NCBI GenBank assembly: GCA_964525995.1
Contig: CAZGIM010000021.1
Coordinates: 2,394 to 66,393, forward strand
Length of the DNA: 64,000 bases
Direction: 5' to 3'
DNA from: an uncultured Prolixibacteraceae bacterium
Lineage (GTDB): Bacteria > Bacteroidota > Bacteroidia > Bacteroidales > FEN-979
Shown: one piece after another, positions 27,501-36,664 of the stretch
Layout of the letters: the number at the start of each line of letters is the position of its first letter
Numbering within the stretch: position 1 is the first letter of the stretch
Made by a program: the position numbers and the translations under genes
Notes under the pieces: generated by a model
What the model was told of the DNA's origin: nothing
Databases searched by the model: none
The model's input: only the letters and a program-made list of their open reading frames with translations

Positions 27501-29349
27501 TATCACTGCATCGGCAACCAGTGTGTGTTCCGGAACATCCGTTACGTTCAATGCGGTCCCCGTCAACGGTGGAGCCACGCCCCAGTATGCCTGGAGGGTA
27601 AATGGTGCGGTGACCGGGCCGGACAATCCCATGTTCACTTACCTTCCTCAGGATGGCGATCAGGTCGCCTGTGAAATGACCTCCGGTCTCAATTGTGTTT
27701 CCGGAAATCCCGCATTGTCAAATGTAATCACGATGACTGTGACCCCGGTTTTGACAGCCGGAATAACGATTCAGGCGACCGCCTCGGCAGTGTGTGAAGG
27801 TTCGGAAGTGGAGTTTACGGCGCTACCGGTCAACGGCGGGACCCAGCCATCCTATCAATGGAAGGTCAATGGCATCAACGCGGGAGGCAACTCCCCGTTG
27901 TTCAGCTACGTTCCTGCTGATGGCGACGTTGTCGTGTGCAGTCTGAACTCAAACATGAGTTGTATTACCGGGAATCCGGTCACCTCCAATGCGATAATGC
28001 TGACCGTGAATCCGGTCATCCCGGTAGGAATCTCCATTTTCGCCTCTGCAAACAATATCTGCGAAGGAAATCCCGTGACTTTTACCGCAGTGCCCATGAA
28101 CGGGGGAAACACTCCCGTTTATCAATGGAATATCAACGGAGTCGCGGCCGGGAGTAATAGTGCGGTGCTGATCCACATGCCGGCGAACGGAGATGTTATT
28201 GCCTGCAGTATGATCCCGGATGAAGCCTGCCCTTCGAGTAGTCCTGCACTTTCCAATGCCATTGTCATGTCGGTACAGCAACAGGCTCAGGTCGCTGTTT
28301 CGGTTTCAGCTTTACAAACAACACTGTGTGCCGGATCCGAAGCGGTATTTCATGCAACTGCTACCAACGGAGGTTCCCAGCCTGTTTTCCAGTGGATGGT
28401 AAATGGCACATCTCAGGGCAATAACAGTCCCGACTTCAGCTATTTCCCTTCCGATAACGACGGGATTGCATGCAGCCTTACGTCAAGTCAGCCCTGTAGC
28501 TCCGGAAATCCCGCGGTATCCAACCAGATTGTGCTCCATGTCAGTCAGTTGGCATCGGTTAGTGTGTCGGTCATTGCATCTGCTAATCCAGTAATCGCCG
28601 GGACTTCGGTGACCTTTACCGCCATTCCGGTAAATGGCGGGTCATCGCCCGATTTCCAGTGGATGGTAAATGGTGTCAATGCAGGGATCAACCATCCTGT
28701 ATTTAACTACGTGCCTGTTAATAACGATGTAATAACCTGCCGGATGACCTCACATGATTCCTGTACAACGGGGAATCCCGCGCTTTCGAATGAAGTGGTC
28801 ATGACCGTGAACTGCACCATCCCCTTATCGTTAAGTATCTCGGGAATTGTAGGATCAGGTATTGATTCTGTTTACAGGGCTTCTCAATTCATCACGGTTT
28901 CGGGTGAAAACAATCCCCTGATCGTCCAAAACGGAGGGCAGGTTACCATGCTGACCGGGGGTACCATTTATTACCGGCCAGGGACGCGGGTCGAAACGGG
29001 AGGATATCTGCACGGCGATATCGTTCCTGCCATGCTTCATTGCGGAGAACAGGCGCCGGCTCTGATGGCCACCGTGAATCCGGAACAGCGTCAGATGAAC
29101 AGACAAGGTGATTTTTTAGTCTATCCAAATCCTACGAACTCTGATATCACGCTTGAAATCCCCGCTTACCAAAACGAGGGGAGGATCGTTGCGGAGATTC
29201 ACAGTATTGGGGGTGTCAAACTATTTAACGTTGATATTACGGGAGAGGCGTGGCATGAATTCGACCTTTCGACGCTGCCCGCTGGTTTGTATCTGATGAA
29301 GATTGTCACCGGAAAAAGAACCGGAATCTTGAAAATCATCAAACACTGA
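24517..29349 (+). CDS. T9SS-secreted 1610-aa surface protein with seven tandem Ig-like repeats
   Basis: Signal peptide MKKLLSWLLLVIAGGATALSQ and a G/S/T-rich N-terminal ~800 aa. Seven 89-aa repeats follow (...C.G..V.F.A.P.NGG..P.YQW.VNG...G.N.P.F.Y.P...D...C.MTS...C..GNPA.SN...). CTD is VYPNPTNSDITLEI...GLYLMKIV...KIIKH. Confidence 0.85.
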   Translation: MKKLLSWLLLVIAGGATALSQTEISEGSPIPSIGHLNGTPDQLLTNPVAAWDFYGIPSASPPATCTATIFDANLTGTGLITRGPGAPPSGAANSFRTTGFQNNGVGVGNTDYFEINLGASPGYSLSLSTIDARFGGTASFYAAPGVTSQYGYSLDGINFILIGNPVTSTALTTASIDLTQIPSLQNVASGVTVTIRYYASGQTTTGGWGFYSSSPGNYGLAIGGSLNSLATTGIYTWNQTNAGNWNDPANWTPPRTSPLNSDFLVFDNGGSCIITGVPIQTVGGMKITGSTAVILQSETAITLTIAGGAGTDFEVGAGSILSLGGTNAITLALGSGATASVSGSVTFTNSSSAANRFTGNDPESILFHGGSLFSTGMFQSGPPFGTASTGAVVFESGSVLLHQSGSNPFGAPQPGSATVFQTGSLYKVTGNVSLSFSGRTYADMEIDAPGITLTATGSNPVLVDNLTVTNGSLNFNVTGSPGHSIKGTIHAAAGTSLCFNPASPGTIRLAGTSNQIITGTGMITSGTHSILEIANDFGITLDATLTLEGSVKFTQGLLTLGSGDLILGTLSQVTGSPSAASMVTFNGTGHFRKRFPAVSSFTFPVGTITGTPGYSPVTLTLSDGIFGSNGWVGVDVVNAKYPGDTNTGNFLNRYWELTASDITSLQGSAQFYYPPSDVTGSEALISCVRVHPEPFTLYAPTDITLHRLQASGLLALGIFTGSQVSPSLFQVSGSGVYCEGSSGLPVTLSESQPYVTYQLKKNGMDSGAPVEGTGSMLSWPDQTTGIYSVTATNSSGSVLMNGTAVIDMGVPVVPSVSIEASSNLLCAGTPVTITATPTNGGQNPVYQWSLNNNPTGQNSPIYTCLPGNNDQISCTMTSDLECVIGNPAYSNTLSMAVNPLVTATVTITASDSVLCEGNPVTFTATPVNGGPDPLYQWMVNNLNTGNGGPVFTYTPVDHDLVSCVMTSGLACVTCNPAVSNPVQLHVNPLSPAAVTITASATSVCSGTSVTFNAVPVNGGATPQYAWRVNGAVTGPDNPMFTYLPQDGDQVACEMTSGLNCVSGNPALSNVITMTVTPVLTAGITIQATASAVCEGSEVEFTALPVNGGTQPSYQWKVNGINAGGNSPLFSYVPADGDVVVCSLNSNMSCITGNPVTSNAIMLTVNPVIPVGISIFASANNICEGNPVTFTAVPMNGGNTPVYQWNINGVAAGSNSAVLIHMPANGDVIACSMIPDEACPSSSPALSNAIVMSVQQQAQVAVSVSALQTTLCAGSEAVFHATATNGGSQPVFQWMVNGTSQGNNSPDFSYFPSDNDGIACSLTSSQPCSSGNPAVSNQIVLHVSQLASVSVSVIASANPVIAGTSVTFTAIPVNGGSSPDFQWMVNGVNAGINHPVFNYVPVNNDVITCRMTSHDSCTTGNPALSNEVVMTVNCTIPLSLSISGIVGSGIDSVYRASQFITVSGENNPLIVQNGGQVTMLTGGTIYYRPGTRVETGGYLHGDIVPAMLHCGEQAPALMATVNPEQRQMNRQGDFLVYPNPTNSDITLEIPAYQNEGRIVAEIHSIGGVKLFNVDITGEAWHEFDLSTLPAGLYLMKIVTGKRTGILKIIKH
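26944..28815 (+). repeat. seven tandem 267-bp coding repeats (Ig-like modules) inside 24517..29349
   Basis: Seven consecutive 89-aa units can be aligned by eye on the invariant NGG, QW and paired Cys positions. Confidence 0.8.
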
Positions 29350-29691
29350 AGTTCAAAAATCGGCGGAGACGATGAAAGCAATAATCAAATTCAGAGTGGT
29401 GGAGATCGATTCTAAAATATCTTTCAAGGGGATCAGAAAAATTGTGCTGACCTATCCGGTTCGTTCCATCGCGTTGATCCCGGAACCCAACCGTTCGCTT
29501 TCGCTACGGCTCGATCTAAGGGTTCCCGAAATATTCTGGTGAGATACCGGAAGATCAGTCGGTATTCCGGCGATGAAAGTGGAAAAATCAGGAGATTGGG
29601 GAGCTCTATATCCTGAATCGAAAAAACAGCTAACTTTGGCGTTTTATCATCGAAGCCGCCTGAGAGGTAAGTTGTTTGGAATTGAGTACCC

Positions 29692-30735
29692 ATGCGATTT
29701 TCAGAAATTAAGGGGAATGAAAAGATCAAGCAGCGGCTGATCCGGACCATCCGGGATCAGCGGGTCAGTCATGCCCAGCTTTTTTGCGGGCCCGAGGGGA
29801 ATGACAAGCTCGCGCTTGCTATTGCTTATGCCCAGTACATCAATTGTGCAAATCGTGACCAGTCGAATGATTCCTGCGGTACCTGTCCCTCCTGTGTCAA
29901 ATATCAGAAGCTGATCCATCCCGATCTGCATTTCATCGTTCCTGTTTCGACCACCAAAAAAGTTCCTTCCAAGCCAAAAAGCAAATACTTTCTGACCGAG
30001 TGGCGTGAATTCCTGTTGTCACACCAGTTCCGGGTTGACCTTACCGGCTGGTATGAGGCCATTGGCATCGAGAACAAGCAGGGGATCATCAATGCGGAAG
30101 ATTGTAATGAGATCATCAGCACCCTGGGTTACAAGAGCTATGAATCGGAGTATAAAGTCATGATCATCTTCATGGCTGAAAAGATCTTTTATTCAGCCGC
30201 TCCCAAGATTTTAAAGATTTTAGAGGAGCCTTCCGAAAAGACGCTGTTTATACTGATCTCAGAAAATCCGGATCAGATCCTGCCGACCATTCTTTCCCGC
30301 ACCCTGATGGTTAAAATTCCGGAACGGGATCGGGCAGCTTATGCTGATGATGAGCATATCCATTTTGTCGCATTCCGGCAGTGGATGTTAGACTGCTATC
30401 GGGGAAAGGTAGTTGAATTGATTTCTTTCAGCGCCGAAATGGGAAAGTCGGGAAGGGAAAAGCAGAAATGCTTTCTTTCTTACGGGTTGAAGATCTTTGG
30501 ATTCTGTTCTGAAATTAATTTTCTTCATCGCCTCCCTGAGGGACTTGAAGCGGAGGAACGCAAGTTCCTGGAAAAGTTCACCACGTACATAACTAACAGT
30601 AACATACTACATTTCAATACCTTATTTAACGAAGCCATTCGTCATGTGGAGCGTAACGGTCACGCCCCTACCCTGTTTCTCGATCTCTCCCTGAAAATCG
30701 TTCGTCAGTTTAATCGGGAATTATTACCTTTGTAA
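29692..30735 (+). CDS. holB: DNA polymerase III delta-prime subunit
   Basis: N-terminal FSEIKGNEKIKQRL...HAQLFCGPEGNDKLALAIAYAQYINC, zinc module CGTCPSC, HPDLHF, and an SRT sensor motif (ILSRT). Confidence 0.8.
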   Translation: MRFSEIKGNEKIKQRLIRTIRDQRVSHAQLFCGPEGNDKLALAIAYAQYINCANRDQSNDSCGTCPSCVKYQKLIHPDLHFIVPVSTTKKVPSKPKSKYFLTEWREFLLSHQFRVDLTGWYEAIGIENKQGIINAEDCNEIISTLGYKSYESEYKVMIIFMAEKIFYSAAPKILKILEEPSEKTLFILISENPDQILPTILSRTLMVKIPERDRAAYADDEHIHFVAFRQWMLDCYRGKVVELISFSAEMGKSGREKQKCFLSYGLKIFGFCSEINFLHRLPEGLEAEERKFLEKFTTYITNSNILHFNTLFNEAIRHVERNGHAPTLFLDLSLKIVRQFNRELLPL

Positions 30736-30750
30736 GGATTTTTGAAGGAT

Positions 30751-31941
30751 ATGGAGTTTAAAGAAGGCGTATCTGCTCCGGTGAACGGACCACCCCCGAA
30801 GGAGGTAGAAATAGAAGATTCAACCGGTCTTTTCCCCAGGTCATCCGGCCACATCGACAATACTTTTTTAAGTCGCGGGTGTTGCCAGGCGCCGAGGGTG
30901 TATCATAAGAACGAGATGGTTTTTCAACATCAGTGCAGCAAATTCGACTCACACGACTGGCTGAAAAACGTGCCTGTTCCCGAATCGGCCAAAGTGGTTG
31001 ACATTGCCGAGATCCGTTTTAAAAACAGCCGTAAGGATTATTTCCGGATTCCGGCCGATCTGGAGTTGACAGTTGGCGACATTGTTGCTGTTGAAGCGTC
31101 GCCGGGTCATGATATCGGTATTGTAAGCATGGTTGGTGAGATGGTCAGGCTGCAATTGCGTAAAAAGAATCTGTTACCGGCTCCTGACGAGATCAAAAAG
31201 ATTTACCGCAAGGCCCGGTTGACCGACATCGAAAAGTGGATTTCGGCCGTGGAACAGGAGTCGGCAACGATGTACCGATCGCGGGAAATCGCCGACAAGT
31301 TAGGGCTTCAAATGAAGATCAACGATGTTGAGATTCAAGGTGATAACACCAAAGCAATTTTTTACTACACGGCAGAGGACCGGGTCGATTTTCGTGAACT
31401 CATCAAGCTGATGGCCGAAGAATTCAAACTCCGTATCGAGATGCGGCAGATCGGAGCACGACAGGAAGCGAGCCGTTTAGGGGGAATCGGATCCTGCGGA
31501 AGGGAGCTGTGTTGCTCAACCTGGATGAGTGATTTCAGGTCGGTCACCACCAACGCTGCCCGGATTCAGCAGCTTTCCCTTAACCCGCAGAAACTTGCCG
31601 GTCAATGCGGTAAGTTGAAATGCTGCCTGAATTATGAATACGATACTTATGTCGATGCCATGAAAGGCATGCCCAATACCGATATCCGACTCAAAACCAA
31701 ACGCGGGGAGGCGATTCATCAGAAGACCGATATTTTTCAGAAGCTCATGTGGTATTCGTACGTGAATGATCCGGGCAATCTGATGGCCATTCCGGTTGAC
31801 AATGTTTTTGCGGTAATGGAGGAAAATAAAAAGGGAAACCTGCCTGAAAAACTCGAAGATTATTCGCAGGTGACCGAGAAAAAACCGGATTTGGAGGGCC
31901 CTACCGGAGAAGATGATCTGACCCGGTTCGACAATCAATAG
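30751..31941 (+). CDS. PSP1 domain protein (YaaT/RicT-like)
   Basis: PSP1 C-terminal signature FYYTAEDRVDFRELIKLMAEEFKLRIEMRQIGARQEA...CGRELCCSTW...GKLKCCLNYE. ATG 30751 preferred over the track TTG at 30742. Confidence 0.85.
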   Translation: MEFKEGVSAPVNGPPPKEVEIEDSTGLFPRSSGHIDNTFLSRGCCQAPRVYHKNEMVFQHQCSKFDSHDWLKNVPVPESAKVVDIAEIRFKNSRKDYFRIPADLELTVGDIVAVEASPGHDIGIVSMVGEMVRLQLRKKNLLPAPDEIKKIYRKARLTDIEKWISAVEQESATMYRSREIADKLGLQMKINDVEIQGDNTKAIFYYTAEDRVDFRELIKLMAEEFKLRIEMRQIGARQEASRLGGIGSCGRELCCSTWMSDFRSVTTNAARIQQLSLNPQKLAGQCGKLKCCLNYEYDTYVDAMKGMPNTDIRLKTKRGEAIHQKTDIFQKLMWYSYVNDPGNLMAIPVDNVFAVMEENKKGNLPEKLEDYSQVTEKKPDLEGPTGEDDLTRFDNQ

Positions 31942-31965
31942 CCAGATTCACCGAACAGCATTCTG

Positions 31966-32436
31966 ATGACATACGGAAAATGGACTTCAGTTATCATCTT
32001 TATCCTGGCAGTTTCTTTAGCCGCATGCGACCGGAACAGGATCTTTGAAGAAAATACGGTTATCAGGAACGGGATCTGGAATGTCAAAGATAAGGTTATC
32101 TTTTCTGTGCCAATCGTGGATCCGTTAGCCCGTTACCGGGTCATGATCCAGGTTCGCAACGCTCCCGAATACCCGTATAACAATCTGTACGTGTTTATGG
32201 ACACCCGGTTCCCTGATGGCAAAATAGCCCGTGATACAATTGAGCTGACTCTTGCCGACTATGACGGCCGGTGGCTCGGATCGGGAATGGGAAGCGTGAA
32301 ATTCAACAGATTCCTTCTGCAAAGCGGGGTACGGTTCCCCGAAAAAGGCACCTATCACTTTGAATTTGAGCAGGCCATGCGGGTCAATGAGCTGAAAGGA
32401 ATCCGTGATTTTGGTTTACGAATTGAGCGGCAATGA
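31966..32436 (+). CDS. gldH: gliding-motility/T9SS-associated lipoprotein GldH
   Basis: Lipobox LAAC. At 156 aa its size matches the family, as does the pattern W....F......D....Y......R....YPYNNLY.......PDG......E..LAD..GRWLGSG. Confidence 0.7.
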   Translation: MTYGKWTSVIIFILAVSLAACDRNRIFEENTVIRNGIWNVKDKVIFSVPIVDPLARYRVMIQVRNAPEYPYNNLYVFMDTRFPDGKIARDTIELTLADYDGRWLGSGMGSVKFNRFLLQSGVRFPEKGTYHFEFEQAMRVNELKGIRDFGLRIERQ

Positions 32437-34751
32437 ATGGCCCGGTGTATCATATTCCCATGCTGAATCAAATGCCCAAGCAACCCTCCCGCGATGAATT
32501 GATCAGGAAATACATCAAAGGATTTTGGATTTCCTATGTCGTTCTGGTAATCCTGACGGTACTTTTTTTCATCGGGGTGGCCAACGGACTCCTGGGTACC
32601 ATGCCCACCTTTGAGGAACTTGAGAATCCAAAGAGCAGCCTTGCTTCGGAGGTGATATCATCCGATAACAAACTATTAGGAAAATATTACATCGAGAACC
32701 GTTCGAATACCCACTTTCAGGAGTTGTCGCCCAACGTGATCAACGCACTGATCGCGACAGAGGATGCGCGTTTCGACAAACATTCGGGAATCGACGCCAT
32801 TGCCATTTTCAGAGTCATGTGGGGAATGGCAACCGGATCATCAAAAGGAGGCGGTTCGACTATTACGCAGCAGTTGGCTAAAAACCTTTTCCCGCGTAAG
32901 CAAAACCGGACCTTCTGGGAAACAGTCATGATCAAGTTCAAAGAGTGGATTACTGCCGTTAAGCTGGAGCGTAATTACTCGAAAGACGAAATCCTGGCCA
33001 TGTATCTCAACACGGTTGATTTCGGCAGTCAGTCATATGGTATCAAATCTGCCGCAAAGACCTATTTCAACAAGGATCCGGAATCGCTCAGCATCGAGGA
33101 ATCGGCAGTTTTGATCGGAATCTTGAAGGCTCCAACCTGGTTCAGCCCAGTCAGGAATCCGGCACGCGCTTTTGAACGCCGTAACACGGTGATGCACCAG
33201 ATGATGAAGTATGATTACATCACTGAGCAGGAGTTCGATTCACTCCGGGTGGAACCCATCGACATGTCTAATTTCCGGTTACAGGATCATACCGCCGGAA
33301 TTGCTACTTATTTCAGGGAGTACCTCCGGATGGTTTTATCGGAATGGTGTTCGCAACACACTAAAGACGATGGCTCCCCGTACAATCTTTACCGCGACGG
33401 ACTAAAGATCTATACCACCATCAATTACCAGATGCAGGAGTATGCCGAACAGGCGGTACACGAATATTTGGGGAAAGAGCTCCAGCCCTCATTTTTTGCT
33501 CACTGGAAGGGGGTTCCCAACGCACCGTTCGTCTTTGAAAGCGATGTGGCCCGTCGGGAGACCGAAAACCTGATGCTGTCGGCTATGCGACGCACCGACC
33601 GGTATTACCGGCTAAAAACCGAAGGGTACAGCGATGCCCAGATCCTGCAGGATTTCAAGACGCCGGTTAACATGAAGGTCTTTTCCTATCACGGGGAGAT
33701 CGACACGGTGATGACTCCCATGGATTCGATCCGATACTACAAGTTCTTTTTACAGGCCGGACTCATGTCAATGGATCCCCATAACGGCCAGGTCCGGGCC
33801 TATGTCGGGGGTATCGATTACCGCTTTTTCCAGTACGACCATGTGAAACTGAGCAAACGCCAGGTAGGCTCCACTTTTAAACCCTTCCTTTATACCCTGG
33901 CCATGCAGGAGGGCGAATCTCCCTGCGCACGTTATCCCAATGTACAGCCAGTCATCGATCTCGGGAACGGTCAGGTATGGGCTCCCGAAAATTCAAGCGA
34001 CGAAAGGCTTGGTCAACAGGTGACACTGAAGTGGGCCCTGGCTAACTCCAACAACTGGGTGTCGGGTCAGCTTATCCGTAAATATTCGCCAAAAGCCGTG
34101 GTTTCAATGGCTCACAAAATGGGTGTCACCAGCGACATTCCGGCCGTGTACTCCATCGCCCTGGGATCCTGCGACCTGAGCCTGTACGAAATGGTTGGCG
34201 CCATGAGCGTTTTTGCCAATAAAGGGGTCTATATCGAACCCGTTTTCCTGACCCGGATCGAAGATAAAAACGGCAATGTGCTGGAAACTTTTACCCCAAA
34301 AAGCCAGGAAGCCATCAGCGAAGAGACAGCCTGGCTGATGATCCAACTGATGAAAGGAGTTGTGGAGAGCGGAACCAGCATCAGGCTGCGATACAAATAC
34401 GGTTTTGATAACCCGATTGCAGGTAAGACGGGAACCACACAGAACCAGAGCGATGGTTGGTTTATGGGAATCACACCCGACCTGGTGACCGGTGTCTGGG
34501 TTGGTTGCGAAGACCGTGCCGCTCATTTCAGGTCGATCACCCTGGGTCAGGGAGCCAACATGGCGCTGCCTGTCTGGGCTCTTTACATGCAACGGATTTA
34601 TGGCGATCTGAGCCTGCGAATAGCCAAACGTGATTTTGATACCCCTTCGAAGCCCGTCGAGGTCGATCTCGATTGCAGCGATGATGGCGGCGCTCCCGCT
34701 GCCGGAAAGAACAAAAAGAAAAAGCAGGTCATCGATACCGATGAATTCTGA
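32433..34751 (+). CDS. mrcA: penicillin-binding protein 1A (bifunctional transglycosylase/transpeptidase)
   Basis: GT51 motifs EDARFDKHSGID and GGSTITQQLAKN. Transpeptidase motifs STFKP, SNN and KTGT. N-terminal membrane anchor. Confidence 0.9.
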   Translation: MNGPVYHIPMLNQMPKQPSRDELIRKYIKGFWISYVVLVILTVLFFIGVANGLLGTMPTFEELENPKSSLASEVISSDNKLLGKYYIENRSNTHFQELSPNVINALIATEDARFDKHSGIDAIAIFRVMWGMATGSSKGGGSTITQQLAKNLFPRKQNRTFWETVMIKFKEWITAVKLERNYSKDEILAMYLNTVDFGSQSYGIKSAAKTYFNKDPESLSIEESAVLIGILKAPTWFSPVRNPARAFERRNTVMHQMMKYDYITEQEFDSLRVEPIDMSNFRLQDHTAGIATYFREYLRMVLSEWCSQHTKDDGSPYNLYRDGLKIYTTINYQMQEYAEQAVHEYLGKELQPSFFAHWKGVPNAPFVFESDVARRETENLMLSAMRRTDRYYRLKTEGYSDAQILQDFKTPVNMKVFSYHGEIDTVMTPMDSIRYYKFFLQAGLMSMDPHNGQVRAYVGGIDYRFFQYDHVKLSKRQVGSTFKPFLYTLAMQEGESPCARYPNVQPVIDLGNGQVWAPENSSDERLGQQVTLKWALANSNNWVSGQLIRKYSPKAVVSMAHKMGVTSDIPAVYSIALGSCDLSLYEMVGAMSVFANKGVYIEPVFLTRIEDKNGNVLETFTPKSQEAISEETAWLMIQLMKGVVESGTSIRLRYKYGFDNPIAGKTGTTQNQSDGWFMGITPDLVTGVWVGCEDRAAHFRSITLGQGANMALPVWALYMQRIYGDLSLRIAKRDFDTPSKPVEVDLDCSDDGGAPAAGKNKKKKQVIDTDEF

Positions 34752-34753
34752 TC

Positions 34754-36664
34754 CTATTTATTGTAAAAGAAAACAAACGACTTCACCGGAGCGTAACCAT
34801 TATTGGTGATCCCGACGATGCGGGCGCCATCGCTGTTTGTTGTTATGAACCCTCGCTCACCTCGTTTCTTGAACGGCAGCTTCTTGATGATCGCATAGTT
34901 TACCGCATCATTCACATAGATATTGTCATCGTAATAGTCGCCATTTGACCCGTAAAGGATGGCGCCATCGGGACTGAATGCAACAAAGTCGACCCAGGTT
35001 CCGAAATCCCATTCTCCCAGGACATGATTAATGTTGGTCGCATCATAGGAAAAGACTCGATAGGCAACTCGTGTGTTGAAGTTGGAGGTGGGAACGACTA
35101 CCTTTGTACCGGTAGGATCGGCAACGACTTGTCTGGCGCTGTAACCGACTTGTTTGGATTGTTTCAGAACAGGTTGAGCCGTTTCAATAGAGTACTTGAA
35201 AAGTGTTACATAATTGCCGGAGGTTTGTTCGGTAAACAGCAAATGGCTTGGAGCGTAAACCGCTAACTGATCGGCGCTGAAGGAGGGTACGGTCAGCTCC
35301 TCCGGTCCGGCCGGCAAACTGATAACATGGAGTACTCCATCGGAAGTCAGAACATACAGTCTTTGATTCACATCGTCGGCTTCGATGTCGGCAATTCCTG
35401 CATTTCCTGAATAAGAGATCAGCGATAACTGATGGTTAACCGGATCATAAACTGTGACTTTAGGCTCAAATTTATATCCGATGTACAATTTGTTGTTACC
35501 CGGGGCAAAATCGAATGCAAGCGGACTGCTAAAGGGCAAAAGTACCTGTGCGTCGATGGTGGCCGCTCCCGCATTGAGCAACATCAGTTTTTTCGTGTCT
35601 GTATTGAGGGCGAACACCAGATTGGGATCATTTCCCGAAGCAACATCCGTAATCAGACCGTCGGTTTGAAATCCTTCAAGAACAGTCAGATTCAGAATTT
35701 CCGAAGTACCGGTAAGGCCCTGCCGGTCGGTTGCTTTGACCACCAGTTCATAATTGCCAGGGGCTATATTTTTCCAGGCGAATTCAAAGAATCCTGAATA
35801 GTTTTGTTCCTGAAAAGATTTGATAAGAACGTTATTGGCGAAAACCTCGACTTTTTTCAGATGGGATTCATGGTCGCTGGCATTGATCATAAACCGGACG
35901 CTGTCCCAGGGAACATACCATGAATCGGTGGATGGAGAGAAAAATGAAGCAGTCGGAGGCCTGTTTTCATTTACAATCAGGTTAAAGGGTGATGAGATGA
36001 CCTCATTTTCATGGTCATCAGTGGCTGTTGCCTGGATGACCCAGGTTCCGCGAACAGTCGGATTCCAGATGAAATAACAGGTGTCGGAGTTGCCCTCCCC
36101 GAACAATGCGGAGTTCAGTAAAAGCTTGACATGGTTTATCTTCCCAAACGGTGACCCGGCTGTAACCCTGAAAACGATCGAATCGCCCTCCGACAGGTTA
36201 TAATAGTGCTCCGGCGAATAGGAAACATTGATCCAGAGTTTTCCGGTCGGGAGTACATTTACTGCTGCTTGCATGTTGCCTGAATAGGCGCCCTGATCGT
36301 CGACGGCCATGACTGAAACCGAGTGCTCCCCTTCGGGAAGGTTTTTAAGGAGACAGGTGTAAGGCGCTTCCAGGACTGTGGCGAACAGCTTGTTGTCAAA
36401 GTAAAAGAATACGGCAGTGATGCTTCCGTCACTATCGCTGGCATCGGCGATCAACGTCAGCGAGTCCGACATGCCAATGGTGACCGTACCGGCCGGCGAA
36501 ATCAATCTGACCGTGGGGTTCTTGTTTTCGACAAAGGGGTTGGCTTTTTTACAGGCCTGGAACAACAACGGCACCAGAAAAACGACAGTGATCAGAAAAA
36601 ATGTAACTCTTTTATTACAGATCAAAAAAATAGATGACATATCTTGGGTTATAGGTTTCCTCAT
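34754..36664 (-). CDS. lipoprotein with three Ig-like domains and a C-terminal beta-propeller (paralog b)
   Basis: Signal/lipobox ...LLFQAC. Repeated Ig-like units (A.D.DG.I..V.F...N.L......PY). The C-terminal ~300 aa has YVTN/lactonase-like blade periodicity. An alternative start at 36640 is possible. Confidence 0.7.
   Translation of the reverse strand: MRKPITQDMSSIFLICNKRVTFFLITVVFLVPLLFQACKKANPFVENKNPTVRLISPAGTVTIGMSDSLTLIADASDSDGSITAVFFYFDNKLFATVLEAPYTCLLKNLPEGEHSVSVMAVDDQGAYSGNMQAAVNVLPTGKLWINVSYSPEHYYNLSEGDSIVFRVTAGSPFGKINHVKLLLNSALFGEGNSDTCYFIWNPTVRGTWVIQATATDDHENEVISSPFNLIVNENRPPTASFFSPSTDSWYVPWDSVRFMINASDHESHLKKVEVFANNVLIKSFQEQNYSGFFEFAWKNIAPGNYELVVKATDRQGLTGTSEILNLTVLEGFQTDGLITDVASGNDPNLVFALNTDTKKLMLLNAGAATIDAQVLLPFSSPLAFDFAPGNNKLYIGYKFEPKVTVYDPVNHQLSLISYSGNAGIADIEADDVNQRLYVLTSDGVLHVISLPAGPEELTVPSFSADQLAVYAPSHLLFTEQTSGNYVTLFKYSIETAQPVLKQSKQVGYSARQVVADPTGTKVVVPTSNFNTRVAYRVFSYDATNINHVLGEWDFGTWVDFVAFSPDGAILYGSNGDYYDDNIYVNDAVNYAIIKKLPFKKRGERGFITTNSDGARIVGITNNGYAPVKSFVFFYNK

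Noticed and set aside
29560-29585. GATGAAAGTGG, resembling the RNase P RNA CR-I motif GAGGAAAGTCC.
   Set aside because: It carries three mismatches in an invariant motif, and no other RNase P conserved regions lie nearby.
29433-29750. 105-aa minus-strand ORF spanning the holB upstream gap.
   Set aside because: It overlaps the holB start, has no motifs, and has an odd composition. The gap is more likely non-coding or holds only small plus-strand ORFs.
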